This document shows, in pieces, positions 1 through 13,100 of a DNA stretch of 64,000 bases. Origin of the DNA: Balanoglossus misakiensis (taxonomy: Eukaryota > Animalia > Hemichordata). How positions within the stretch are numbered: the stretch's first letter is position 1; every line of letters starts with the position of its first letter. The stretch lies in assembly GCA_040954595.2 (NCBI GenBank), contig CM082583.2, forward strand, positions 8,728,254 to 8,792,253. The letters run 5' to 3'. The position numbers were made by a program, and so were the translations under genes. Under the pieces are notes generated by a model. That model did not search any database. It had not been told where the DNA came from and saw nothing but the letters and a program-made list of their open reading frames with translations.

Positions 1-616
1 TTTTATCAATCAATCTAATTAATTGTCTAGTAAATGACCACTTAGTGAAATGGCTTATTATTTTCCAATTGTTTCACACTATATCAACAAGGTCGCACAG
101 AGCAACAGTATCTGCACAGCATTTCAAAATTTTAATAAGTAAATATAGCATGAAAACAGTACTATCAATAAATTCCACTCACTGTTTTTTTTAATTCATT
201 GTCTAAAAACAACATGCTTCTCTTAGAATTTAATTTTGTGAATAAGAAAAAAAACATTATTCATCCATGCTTGAACGCAAACCGCACTGGCTAATAATTT
301 GTTTGTGTGTATAGTGTTTGTTCACCACGCGTGTGTGTGTTACGTTTACTACGAATAACCAAATTTCATGGAAAAGAGAGATTGACGCAACACTATATTG
401 GTTTCTTCTAAGTTCTCATCATCAACCGGCTTGTATCGTGGATCAACTTAGTTAAAACGTATTAGATAATGATGCCCAAGGAATCGTCTCTCTGAATTGT
501 GCGCAAAGTTGATAATCAATATACCTTTAGACACAATAATGTTTGATTAATTAATGTTTGATTAATTAATTAGAAACCATAGTTTGAATTATGTGACAAC
601 ATCACCATGTACTTAC

Positions 617-2002
617 CGAAGGCAATGCAGCCAACAATACTAGCTTGTATGGCTTCCTTGCAAAGCAAGCAATAGCAGATAAGGTGGTTCTGAAAAATGT
701 TGAGAGGACTATCTTTGTTCACAGAACGGACAAGTGGTTTACAACAGTCGGGATTACAGTGCGCATTGTGAATGTTCCGAAAGCTTAAAGGTTGAAATTT
801 AATTAAAATCCGCACTAGATTTTTTTAGTCAACAACAGAAATGGTCCACACATATACATAGGCCACATAGACCATGTGCACAAGCGAAAAACATACTCCA
901 GGGAGCATAACAAGAAACTAAAGTTGATAAAAAGAAGTGAGGAAAAGCAGTAAGAAGTTTAAACCTAATGTCAATAAGACTATTAAAACGGCACTGACCC
1001 TTCCATCGGGGTGCTTTCAGTGGTCGTCATGGGCGAGGTGTACTCACTGAAACGAGAAAAGCCTTTAAATAGTCCACATATCGTAACGGAGGATATCGTT
1101 ACATTATAATTATTAGGGAATGAACAGAAATTGCATGCGGAGGGTGGGTGTTTCTCCCTTAAAATGATACTGTATATTAGTGACTCTTCAAAAATCGTTC
1201 CGCAAAAATAGTGACCCACCCTCTCCGGCCTGTGATTTATGCCCAGTGCCTTAGAATGGGTGCAGTGAACAACAAATATGAAGGAAATTGACTTATCGCA
1301 TCCGTCGAAAACATCTTCCCAGTTTTCACGGCACATGTTTCTCAATGGCTACTTTGGTGGCAACAGAAACGTTTGAAATCCCACCTGTTTTCGCCGGCGT
1401 CGGAAGAATACATATCGGAACCAAAAAACCAGCTGCTGTTATAATCTGCGAATCCACTCGCATTCGGAAACAAGTCGACGTTGGTGCCGCTGAAGAAAGA
1501 ATTATCATAAGCCAATTTCAGCGTTATTCGTAACCATATACAAATCTCAATAAAAATTTCATTAGGCCTATAGAAAGTAGCATAACAATCAGTGGACGAG
1601 ACTGGACTGGCAAACGAGTAATTCGCGCACATTCACAAAATGTGACAACCAGGACTTGGCGAATCTAAATTACTCCCGAACTTACCTTTGACTTGGATCC
1701 CCGGAAACATTAACATATTGGTCGTCTGTATAATATCCGTCGTAATATAGCCAAAACGAAGCCCAATCGTAATCCCAGTCGGTAAACAAATCCTCGTACC
1801 GCGTTTGATTCAAGATGACGAGGCATCTGTCCGACTCAGCCAATCGCTCGTCCATGAAACACTTCAGATCGCCGAGAGCGTCGTGAAAAATGTTGGAGAT
1901 AGTTCCCGACAGGTCCAGAACACCGGCTATCATCGTGTACAGTAAAACAACAAAAGAAAAGTCCACCAGATAGGTCTTAACTCCTTTCAGAAAGAAACGC
2001 AT
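617..2002 (-). CDS. STRA6-like (retinol-binding-protein receptor family) paralogue B, 5' part only; continues off the left edge
   Basis: Exons 2002-1686, 1489-1385, 1046-999 and 689-617 are all GT-AG and join in frame; the first three introns are phase 2. Exon 1 (MRFFLKGVKTYLVDFSFVVLLY...) aligns with exon 1 of the STRA6-like gene at 17476 (MFYLLKGLKTYLTDYFFVILLY...). Exon 689-617 (ACFARKPYKLVLLAALPS) corresponds to exon 2 of that gene. The family call comes from this paralogy only; the 1489-1385 exon has a weaker donor. Confidence 0.7.
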
Positions 2003-2548
2003 TTTTGGAAGCAGTGGCGTATACGTGTGTCAGTTTCGGGGTATAGTTACGGTCTGTCGGTTCGATTCCGGCGATCGTGAAGCAAATTCAACGGTCGATC
2101 AGACGATGTGGCCGCTTCGTACGAGCGCCATCACTGACACTATGGGCTGAACGTGGTTCTGTCGGACACATCGGTATGTGAACTGTGTCAGCACTGGTCT
2201 AAACCACACTTTCTGAGGTCTTCAACGGTCGGTTGATTTCTTTTTAATAAAAAACCGCTAGGGAGCCTGGGTAAATCTCCGTCTACAAACATGCGTGTAT
2301 TAATTATGAACATCGTAATTGCACTGGCAATGACTGTAAGGGAACTACCATTTATTGGCGAGGGGTGGACCGGAGGAAATTGGGGTCGGGCGGTCATTTG
2401 AAATGTGACCATGTCAAAGTGTACATAAATCTATAAGTTTTTCACCTACGTCATCTACATAGAGACAATTGGCCAATCATGGTCCTGAACCATAATGTCA
2501 TGTATATACAATTATGGATGAGACATTGAAAGATACAATGATAATGAC

Positions 2549-2623
<75 letters not shown>
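2549..2623. repeat. (GAT)n microsatellite
   Basis: About 25 direct GAT units. Confidence 0.95.
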
Positions 2624-2625
<2 letters not shown>

Positions 2626-3254
2626 AATTTTTTTTAGATCGACCGCAGTTTATTAAAAACTATCTTTCATGCTCTGTTGATTATTGTGAAGATGATTAAT
2701 GTTCACTTTACAAAATATGCAGTGGACCTGTATACAGGCATAAATATTTAAAAAAATTAATATTGACCTTTACCACTGTGAAAAAAAGTGATTGGAATAA
2801 AAACTAAAGTGATACATTTGTTCGCACAATCATTTTATTAACTCTGAGTAAACATACTTCAAATCCCCCTTTTACTTGCCCGGGGTGGTAGTACCTGGCT
2901 AACCTAGGGTTCAGCTAATTTACATAATTGTCACGTAATTTGCATATTATTTGAATTAATTAGTATACAATAATGCGTGAAGTAAAATATAATGTATATT
3001 GTGAAGGTATATCTGCCGAGTAAAATGTCAACCATGCATCTATGCATGCATTCATCCATCCATCCATGTATAAAACATTGGTATAAAATGTTGAACACAT
3101 AGTAAAAAATTGTTACTAAAATGCAAAAATCCCTGTGTGGCAAGCAATAAAATCGTCAGATCCCACTTAATAATCCCATTATTCAGCAACTCGGTTACAT
3201 GAAGCTCCACTGACAACGCGCTGTATATAGATTAATTCATATTTATCTTAAGAA

Positions 3255-6169
3255 TTATTTTCCTTTCTTTTCTTCTGAGCGGTCTTCCGAATCTCCAAGA
3301 GGCTTTGCGTGTTTATCGAAGTACCTTGTGAGCAACAGGTTTAATAGCTGAAAGAAAATTATATAGAATCACTTAGCGTAACAGTTTTCTCTTACCAAAT
3401 CACTCGATCCAAGGGGCGAGTGTTAGGTAAAGCACTGATCTAAGGTCAGTCTCAGTTCAACTCAACATTTCAACTGCATTTTACTCTCAAGCATCTGTTT
3501 GCCTTAGCTTAATGATGACCAAGCATTCATGCAACATTGATTGATTTCTACAACATACAGAAATAAGAATCAATATCTGTTTTCCAGAGTCCTCTGGTGT
3601 ACTCACCTCCTCGAAATGTAATGGGCACTGTACATATTCTTTCTGAAAGAAGCGTAGAGTAAAAAAAATGTAAAATATTGTGGGGGGGGGGAGGTCTTCA
3701 CACAGAAGTTTAACAAAAATTGTAGCTTTTGTACCATTGAATACAATGTGCCATGTGTTGTTTGTCCCGTGTCACGTGAATGTCCTCCCATATAAATTAC
3801 AAAGCCACGCGAAATCTCGCAGGGTCGCGTTGAGTTCGGAAAAGGGTCTACAGAATGGACCTCTAAACGCCAGCAAGCTAGGGAGACACCAGCAAAGGTT
3901 CTCAGGCCACATAAGTTACATTCTCCCCGGCGTATAGATACCTTTCGATGTAATGATATAGAGGAAATCATGTTAACACACCTCTGCAAATATGCCGTCT
4001 TCTTCTGTTACTGACACGTTATTCAGTTCCGTCTGTTTAATATAAAGGAAACAAAACACGGATTCCTTGTTTAACCATGCTTCGACAGTGTATATGAAAG
4101 TTAAAGGTATAATTATAACCGAATTCAGCCATAGTTACGTATATCATGATGAGTTGAGATCTAGCCAATCACATATTTTCAGTGTGTGGCCTTGCGATAA
4201 CAGTGAGCCCCTATATTAGGTCATTGGAAGATTTACCTTACACTCGCCAGTTTGACCATATATGGGCCCGGTTATTGTTCACATACCTCAACGCCTGTGT
4301 TCTTACGCCTTTTGCAGCAGAGATAGCGGATGATCATGACGATGAGTTTGAACAGGCTGAGAATTAGGCAAAACACGAAGGACAATACATTCGAGTTGGC
4401 TCCCCTGTCTCCGGTATATTCCATCCATATTCGTGACCTTTGAAATTTCCACTCAAGGTCAAGATCGGCCTGTCAAATAAACATTGATCCTGTGATGTCA
4501 TTTTAATGCATAAGGCATGTCGGCCCTAAAACTTCATGTTATGGTATGATGTCATAGCTTTCCTGGAGACTTTCATGATGATCTTTTCCTGGATGGATTA
4601 AATTTTGTATCAATTTTGAGCAAAAGCATTGGATTCAAATTCTCAAACCTTACTAACCTTGAGTCTCGAGTAGCTGTCCGACATCATGGCGATGCATAAA
4701 TTCAGCAACATGATCAATACGATGATTCCAAACAAAACGTAGAGTATGTAACCCACTGCCACGAAGTAAGCAACCAGGTTTGCCGAGTGTGGCACCCCCG
4801 TCGTGTTGGTCAGGACTATGTCTTCGATGTTCAAAGACCCCGTGGCGTCTCCGCCGAAAATAGCAAGCACCAATGATCTTAAAGATGACGGAAAACTGAA
4901 AAATGAATGGAATAACGAATCCATTTAATCAATCCTGCTGAATAATGATTGTATACCTCAAAATAACCGCGCAGATGTATTGGACTTACTATGCAAATTC
5001 CGTCTGGTTTTCTCCGATACCAACATAAAAGTAGTACATCGCCAGGGCGTATGCTCCAATGACGTAAGCGAACACGAGGATAAAACGGATAATGTCGTGT
5101 CTCATCTCGGTGAAGATCAGAAGTATGGGGCCGATGTAGTAGGAGAGGTAGAAGGGCTCCATGAAACGCAACAGGGCACAGATGAAAGTCAAGGACGTGA
5201 ACTTGCTCAGGTAGATGAAGAGATAGGGGTCGCCCCCCTGGGATTGGCCGACGATCTCCGGGTTACTGACGATGACACCGATGAAGAAGGTAATCAAGAT
5301 TGTGACGTCCAACAGGTTCCAGTGGTTGGTGAAGTAGCGAGACGGGCCCTGGAATATGGCTTGCCGGAGGTCAGCGATGCAGAGGCCCGCGAACCACACC
5401 ACGCACAGCACGAGTATCGGGACGTAGTTGACGTCCGAGGAGACGACGACGACCGCGTCTTCGACTTCGTAGGAGACCACAACTTGGTAGGTGAAGACGA
5501 GAACCAGGAAGAATGTGTAGGTGAAATGGTGGCTCAGAAACGCCGCTTTTGGACTGTAGTACACACGGTGCAGCCACGTTGTTTTGCAGTCGAAGATGTG
5601 AACGGGTATGAACTCGCGGAGAATCCCGTAAACGAAGAAAGCAAAAAGGCAATAGAGGACGCGCCACAAGATTCCCTGCTTTTCCGACCAGTCTGGCTGC
5701 CCATACAACCACTTCTCTCTCAGAAAAGTTTGAACCTGAGGCTGCGCAATGAACTGAAAAAAAAGATATGGAAATTCTTTGTGGAAGGAGCAAATGTGGC
5801 TAATGTTCAGTCATACATGTAATACGAACTTTCATATGATGATTTTAAATTCCTGAAACATTGAGTCTCCCTAATAAGCTCCCTTTCGGCAGATACCAAC
5901 AATGTGACATACGAACCACTTTCTGCCTTGTTTGGATCGCATTTTCTGCGACTCTGAAATGTTTGGCATATCCGTCGTACGCGCATGACGTCAGCATCGC
6001 ACATGTGCAGGCACCCGAGCGGCGATCGCTCCCGCAGCAACTCTTGTCGTGGGACCTGCCTTCCATGAACCACCCGATTTCGTCTGTTGTGTGGCAGCAA
6101 TTGAGTAGATCAATTGTGAAAGTCTCCAATCGTTGTATAGAAGTTTTAAAAACTTCATACTTCTCCTGT

Positions 6170-6205
<36 letters not shown>

Positions 6206-7580
6206 GTGCAAAGGATCTCAGCCATTTTGTGATAGGTGTTAAGAGGGTGTCAAAAACATCGTATCAGCTAGTACCTCGTTTCCAATCGGCGGTTATCGAT
6301 TAACATTTTACAGTACCTTCAACACTTCGAGTTTTTCTTTGCGTACAAATTCTTTCATTTCCTTAATCAGTTCAAACGCTTCCTGGACGCAGTCTCTCGC
6401 TGACAGTTCCGTTTGCGGAGAACGTAGATATGATATTGAAATATAGGCTGGGCTTGATAACCCATCGTACAGACGAATCTTCTCGTCAATGGTCAGATTT
6501 TTGGTCCCTTCTGAGGAGACGACATTTAAATTTGTAAATAAAACTTTCGTTATATTTTAAAGTATGTAAAATGTTGTGCACGGCGGGGCACCGGTCGGAA
6601 AAGATGGGCTAAAAGTGGCAGCTATTGGGGCTTCAAGGAAAAATTAGCATTTTAAGTATCCCTTACCTAACATGTCATTGTCAAGGGGCTTGGCCTCGTA
6701 GTCATAGAGTAATTTAATCATGTAAAAATCATTCCGTCCGGCAGCAATCATCATTGCGGAACGTTTATGGTGAATCCCTTCCTTCCTTCCGGTGTAATTG
6801 ATATCGAAATCCTGAAAAAATTTAATAGATGTGTTCAGTCGGAGAGTGTTAGAATTGTGAATGTCTACATCTGGAACTATACCCGTTGATTATAATCTTC
6901 AAAAATACCCCCCCCCCCCACCCTAACGACATACTTCCCAACCACAAGTCGCAACAAAAAGCTGTGAGAAGTGCACATCGTACCTTCGTTCTTAAGGATT
7001 TCTCAGCCTGTGCGTAGTTGCTCTCTGCCACGGCGTCTAGAAATTCTTCTGCCTTTTCGCTTATGTCTTCCGGGGGCTCCTTCTGCGTTTGCAAATACCG
7101 CGAGACATTCGGGCTCAAGTGTATCAGTGGCTCTCCTCTGAAATTTCGGCAAAGTGTAATAATTATTTGGAGATCAATATATTACATACTTTTCAGTCTA
7201 CCAGTAATTCCAGTAGATTGTTTGGTTCAATGATTAACAAGTGGATTTACAACATTTGCGCTGAATATGATCTGGTAGTACGCACAAGTAAATTGACACA
7301 TGTTGGCTTTAATTATGAAATATAACCCTAATAAAATCCAAACATCCCATATATTACAAAATTCTTGTTGAGGTTTAGGGCTTCAGTAAATGGGACTGTT
7401 TTGCAAGCCACATCCACAAGGGCAACGCTGACAAAGATGGCGTGTCTGATTGTCGTATAAGCTTGTTTGATGGCGCACTTTCTTTCACGTGGAAACTCGT
7501 ATTTTTTTCCCACTAAAACAGAAATAAGTAGAGTCTAATCAAATTTTATATAAAAAATCTTAAACTTACGTTACAGACAT
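3255..7580 (-). CDS. Divergent TRPC-like (short transient receptor potential) cation channel, about 705 aa, 11 coding exons
   Basis: Exons 7580-7570 (start exon least certain), 7137-6984, 6811-6667, 6510-6317, 6165-5917, 5753-4990, 4895-4658, 4469-4287, 4032-3982, 3642-3607 and 3347-3255 join in frame. Motifs: ankyrin-like AEEFLDAVAESN and SAMMIAAGRNDFYMIKLL; YDGLSSPAYI; AIQTRQKVFIAQPQVQ; S3 WNLLD; S4-S5 IGPILLIFTEMRHDIIRF; S6 LLNLCIAMMSDSY; TRP box EWKFQRSRIWMEY; rib-helix-like LLNLLLTRY. Confidence 0.88.
6173..6202. repeat. (GA)n microsatellite forming the polypyrimidine tract of a TRP intron
   Basis: GA dinucleotide run immediately before the acceptor of the exon starting at 6165 (minus strand). 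Confidence 0.9.
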
Positions 7581-10181
7581 ATTGAAGTTACTTCGTGAAA
7601 AGAAGTATCCGCGATTTCTGCAGTGAAGGAAACATAAGGAAATAATGGTTTACAACCACTTTCGTATATCACAAGTCTCTGTCAAGGCTTATTTACCAGC
7701 ATTTCACGTATTGAAGTAATAGCCTGACAGGCCATAAAATATGGCCGATACGCTATAAACAGGACAATTCATCACATGTTGTCAAACCCAATTCTATTCA
7801 GTGAAGGTCGGTTTCATTTTCGTGTTTCGTGTCGACTGGGAAAAGTCTACATAGGGCAGTAGTTTGGAAATCGGAATATATAGTTGTTAGCTTCTCTGCC
7901 TCTGCTTTTAACATTTTCGAGACAGGTACGCTTTCAGTTACGGGAAATCCGGTGTGTAGAGTCTGTGTGAGAGTTCATCTAAAACATACTGGGTCAGGGA
8001 TACCACACTAGCTTTCAGTAGGAAACAATGCAGGCTCTGTTTCTCAGCTCACTGACTGCACGTTCAACGCTTTGCCGATTGACTTCTTGTGCCAAAACAG
8101 TGCAACTGTAATTTTAAGGCATCGACCGAAATTGACAATGATCCAGGACAAGACCTGGGAATCATACGTACCCGACGAGTGACGACGCGTCGACAGGGCC
8201 CAACAGAAAGCTGTATTAAACGTCGCCTACACTGCCAGTCTTTCCCCAGCCTAGCCCAGCCCCCCCCCCCAGCGCCTCTACCAATGTCTAATGTCCATTT
8301 ATGGCGGAGTTACTTTGACTTCCGCGTGTCGATGGAAGTTCTGTCTGACCAGGTTATATAAGTACATACCCAAAGCCTAGGACACAATGCTCACAGTCCT
8401 ACAATTCGACGAATTTTACCTCCGCATACAACGAGAGCGTCCCGTGGTTGTCGCCCCTTCGCTGTTGGCAATCCAGAACAATGTTTGAACCAAGAAGAGA
8501 GTGGTGCGTTAAATACGCATGCTGTTTTGAAAGCTCCTCCCAAAAGGTGTGCATTTCGCGAGACACCATGAACCATAGACACCTCCGCTTTTCAACACAC
8601 TTTATTTTGCATGTGAATGAAGGGGAGAGTAAGCCCACACTGAGCAATCGCGAGGTCATCGATTTTATATCCTGTTTTCTGAGTACGCCTGAATTGACAC
8701 AACGGAACTTCGGGGAACTGGCTGAGGGCGAAAAACTTGTTTGTCCGGGTGATCTTGGTTTCTGTGTCATGAAAGCAGGTCGGTCTCAAGAGTGCTGGTT
8801 CTTCGAAGCGGGTCACAGAAGGGACATGAAGAAATGGTCGTATACCTGTCAATCAGCATGAACTCTGTGTAACTCCTGCCACAAATAGTCCCATTCTTTG
8901 TGTATGTAAATCAAAGCCGGATTTCTCGTATACACAAAACATTCTATTCCGATCAATCTATCGCCTATCATTGAGGTTCCCCCACGTTAGTCTTATACTG
9001 GTCGCAGCTGCATACAACTCTATATTTTTACAAGTACAAAATTTCAAATAGTTTTGTTAAGGATGTGCCCGCACGTAGAATAGGATGTGAACACCGTTTT
9101 TAGAATTTACACGAGTAAAATCCTGGGAAAATGATAATGTTTCTAAATTAAACAGTCCTTATCTCCTTAAAGCATATTTCCATCATGTCATTTATTGAGG
9201 ACACTGTATATCTATAAATGTTGAACAAATGGTACGTATTGACATTAAAAATTTCAAATAGATTTCATTGGCAAGTGCTTCTCATTAACAAAGTTATTTC
9301 AATACAGAAAAATAATGAAGTTACTGCAATAAAAAAATGACCATTTATAATTTAAAGCCACAAACTAACTTGAACTAAAACCGCAGATAGAAAAGCATTG
9401 TTTTACATTATCAAAAAACTCAGAATGAAAGTAAACATAATGTTTTGACTGCATGGATTCGAGGGGTCTCATGTCTAGTAAATACTTTCAGGTGCGTCCA
9501 TGGAATTAAAACAGTCGTCTGATTACAGGCGTCGAATAGTAAATGCCAGTCTAAATATAAGAGCTTATTAATGTTTGGGTGATTTGAAATTTGTATGTAT
9601 TGCTGTATGGAAGTTGAGTGTCAGCTTAAACAACATTTATGTATTCTTTCAAAAACTTAAAAATCTTCGTTCAGTAACCATTAATTAATCAGCTTGTAAT
9701 CGTATCGTTTATTGTGTATTAAAGCTCGAAATGGAGGGTTCGATATGCAATATAAATTTGGGCAGTAACAAATACTAGTACCTTATTTAATGTATGACTA
9801 AAATAAATATTATTTTTAAAGTTTTAAAACGTAACATTTCTATAAGCGCAGTTTTCCCTATGTATTGAGCTTCTTCGGTGAGATGTCCGCACGGAGCTGT
9901 GACATCAGTGGCAATTAAATTGTGAAGCTGTCCATGATACGCGATTCTATTTTGCTTTGTTAGATATCGTAAGGATTCATAAATTATAAACAACAACATC
10001 TGCTCGACATGTGCCAAAGTGGGAACACCGCAAAGGTCACGTGGTGAGACCTGAGCGAAGCACTGCAGTTTGGAAACACGGTCCATGCAGACAACTTTTT
10101 GTCCGGCTGTTGCTCTCGCCAGACAGGCCAAAGTCCCCGTTTGTCCATTTTCCGTTTCCAAACTACCATGTTTTCTCGCTT

Positions 10182-13100
10182 TCAGTTGACTTGTGGCATC
10201 GCATGGCCACCCGATGACGCTATGGACGCAACTGCAATCTTTAGGGGCCTCTTAGATTTGGCCTTTGCCCACATGGTGACCGTCTTGTCCACCGTCTGTA
10301 ACTGCTTGTGTATCGCTCTCCTGTGAACGAGGATTGGATTCCTTGCGAGTGTGTAGGCGACCAGCCACCGGTTCCTCACACTTCGAGCACGTGGTTTCGA
10401 TATCGTTGTCACAGTGTCCATCTGCGTGGCTGTAGGAAACAACGGAAACATTACTTAACATGATTTTACGCGCCTCGGGGGCAGATTTACAGCAAGAATT
10501 CCGGTCAACGAACTATTCCACCATCAAATTATTGTTTATCATTTCCATAGGTCTACTACAACAAAACATATTTTACAATAGCAGCATGTTGGTCCCTTTG
10601 TTACCAATGCATCTTTTACGTTAGCGTGCAAGATTACGAAGATCAAAGCGCGCCCTCACCGTTATTAGTTAGGCGTTTCTTCTTGTTTTGGCTCTCAATA
10701 AGAAGAGCGCAGAAAGTAACCAGGACGGGGTGAACATGTGTTTCTTCGACCACAAGAAAGCCGACGTACGCCCTGTATCCTACAACAACAACAACAACAT
10801 CAACAACTTAAATCATTAAAGCCCCAGTATTTCTCGTGTGCATCCATTTTTCATCATCGAAAAAAGCCCGTTTTTCCAGTACATCCATCATGGAATACTA
10901 TATAATGAAGATGTAAGAAAGGTTTGGGCAATTGTAGCTACATGCAAGCCGAAAATATCGCCCGTAACACTTGAAATGATGCGCGGGTTTGTTTACAACG
11001 GAAATGTTGTACATGTCGATCAGCAAACGTGCCACTTTGACATTTGATGGTCAGACCATTTTCGGATTTGATCTGGTTCCATCGACTGATTTCTCCCATA
11101 AAGTTATCTTCCCAAAATTTCGCCGAATTAGTGCTCATTTCTTCGCTGAGTCGCTTGATTTGGGGAGACCAAACCTCTTCCGCATAGATTCACATTAGAG
11201 TGCGCATGCGCACTAGTCACGTGCGTCAACAGGAGCCTGACTCACGTGACTTTCTGTCCGGACAGAAAGTCATTCTTCACTCGTTATATTGTAAATTGTA
11301 TGAGTTTATGAGCAGAGCTGGGGATGATGACTGTTCGATTCAGTATCAATTATCATCTACTTTTAGAAATTATAGATGCCGTTTCAAACAAAATTTTGCC
11401 CCTACGAGAAATACTGTGGCTTTAAACGAAGAAGTGATGGATGACGGTGTGTTTTGTTGTCAAGATTATTGTCAAAGCAGAACCTTTCGTCTTGTAGTTG
11501 TACGCGCAAAACGAAAGTGTAGAATGTAAACCTTACCGCATATAATTTAATTTTCGGTCAGAACGTTTTAGCAAAGCCTATTTATTATGAGGAGTTGGGC
11601 TACAGGAACGGAGTGGGCAAGTCATGTAAAATGCCATGACCCTTGCCCAATTCCTCCGCTGCACCCCCTCTCGTTATAAAATGGTTGCTCCCTAACTCAC
11701 CTGGGTCAAGAAGTTCGACATTCCGTTGCAGTACGCTGCGGTCGAGTCGTCCCAGAAAGACAAGCCCGAAGAAAAGAGATCGGAAGAGTCTCGACATGCA
11801 GGAGATCATTCCGAGAACGATGTTGAAGTAAAACATGGTGAAAGACGTTATGTGGAACATACGCCTGGATAACAAAATTGGCAGAAAAAAAAACAAAATT
11901 GTGTCAGTAAAGCGTAATTTAGAATTCAGGTATTTTCAAACCGTCGTCGTCAATTCAAATTATTCACGATTTCTGAAGGTCAACAGAATTCATAACATTC
12001 ATGTAAAATCACCTATTATCGATGGCCATAGTCTTTCCCCTGTCTTGCAAAAAACATAAGTGAGCCCAGGCCAACTGTGACAAATATACAGCGCCGCCAA
12101 ACACGCAACTTGGCCTGAAATCAGAAATACAAATACCTATCCAGTCTTTCGTATACACTATGCATTGTAATAAGCTATGTTAGTGCGTGTAGAAAATAAT
12201 AAAAAAAAAATCCATTCTTCATTTTGGAGACGAAGTGAGTTTCCAGCATAAAAAAAATATTAAATACAATATGGGGAAGGCACTATGTGAGATAACTTTA
12301 CTTTATTTTGAGTGATAGTATAAACCTACCAGATGAAATTTAGCTGATTTATGAAATACGACGACTTATGTTCTCGGAGAGGCAGGACTATTTGATAGAT
12401 CACCATCATTATTCCAAGGCCAATACTTGCCTGAAGAGCTAGGTAGGCTGCAATTTATTTTAAAAAAACACCGACTATTCAATCATCAGTACCATGACAA
12501 TGAAGATAATATGTTGAATTGTTGAGAGGTACATCTGCCACGAAACGCATTTAGTGATATTGGAGAGTGATATACTAGTACTCACCCCAGAACATGAATC
12601 CAATTTGATAGCCAGAGTATTTCAGGCAGCTCACCTGCGGACGGACACAGGAAGTGGGTTGTGAGTAAATCGTTTGTATCTGTTCGCCGCGGCGATTCGC
12701 CGTCAGTAAACGCGACGCTCGTAGAATGCACGTTTAGGCCCTATGTGTGTAATGTGGGTGAGTGCAAGCTCAATCAAATACTAAGAGACACGAAAGCGAT
12801 AAAACTTACCAGATTACTGGTCGGCGATCCTCTCTTTTCGGGAAGGAATGATTTGTCTCCGCGAAACATGCGCAGAATATGATGTCTAAAAACCAAGAGG
12901 CCAAGGAAGGGCAGCAGAAACGAGGGGGAGAGGGGCAGTGGAAAGAGAGAGAGAGAGGGGGTGGGGGGGGAGAGAGAGAGGGAAAAGAGAGAGGGGGAAG
13001 GAAAGAGGGAGAGAGAGAGGGAAAAGAGAGAGGGGGAAGGAAAGAGAGAGAGAGAGAGAGAGATCAATAATAACAATCCATTTGATAATTTCATTGAATT

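Noticed and set aside
2008-2080. tRNA-like T-arm GTCGG-TTCGATT-CCGGC (B-box) upstream of STRA6-like B
   Set aside because: No pairing acceptor stem, D-arm or anticodon arm can be built, so it is not a tRNA.
4980-5822. 280-aa plus-strand ORF
   Set aside because: Antisense shadow of the GC3-rich TRP transmembrane exon.
8391-8950. Overlapping 86-137 aa ORFs on both strands between TRP and STRA6-like A, including a frame with several in-frame TGA codons
   Set aside because: No recognisable domain, no coherent splice structure and no identifiable SECIS. It cannot be supported as a gene or selenoprotein.
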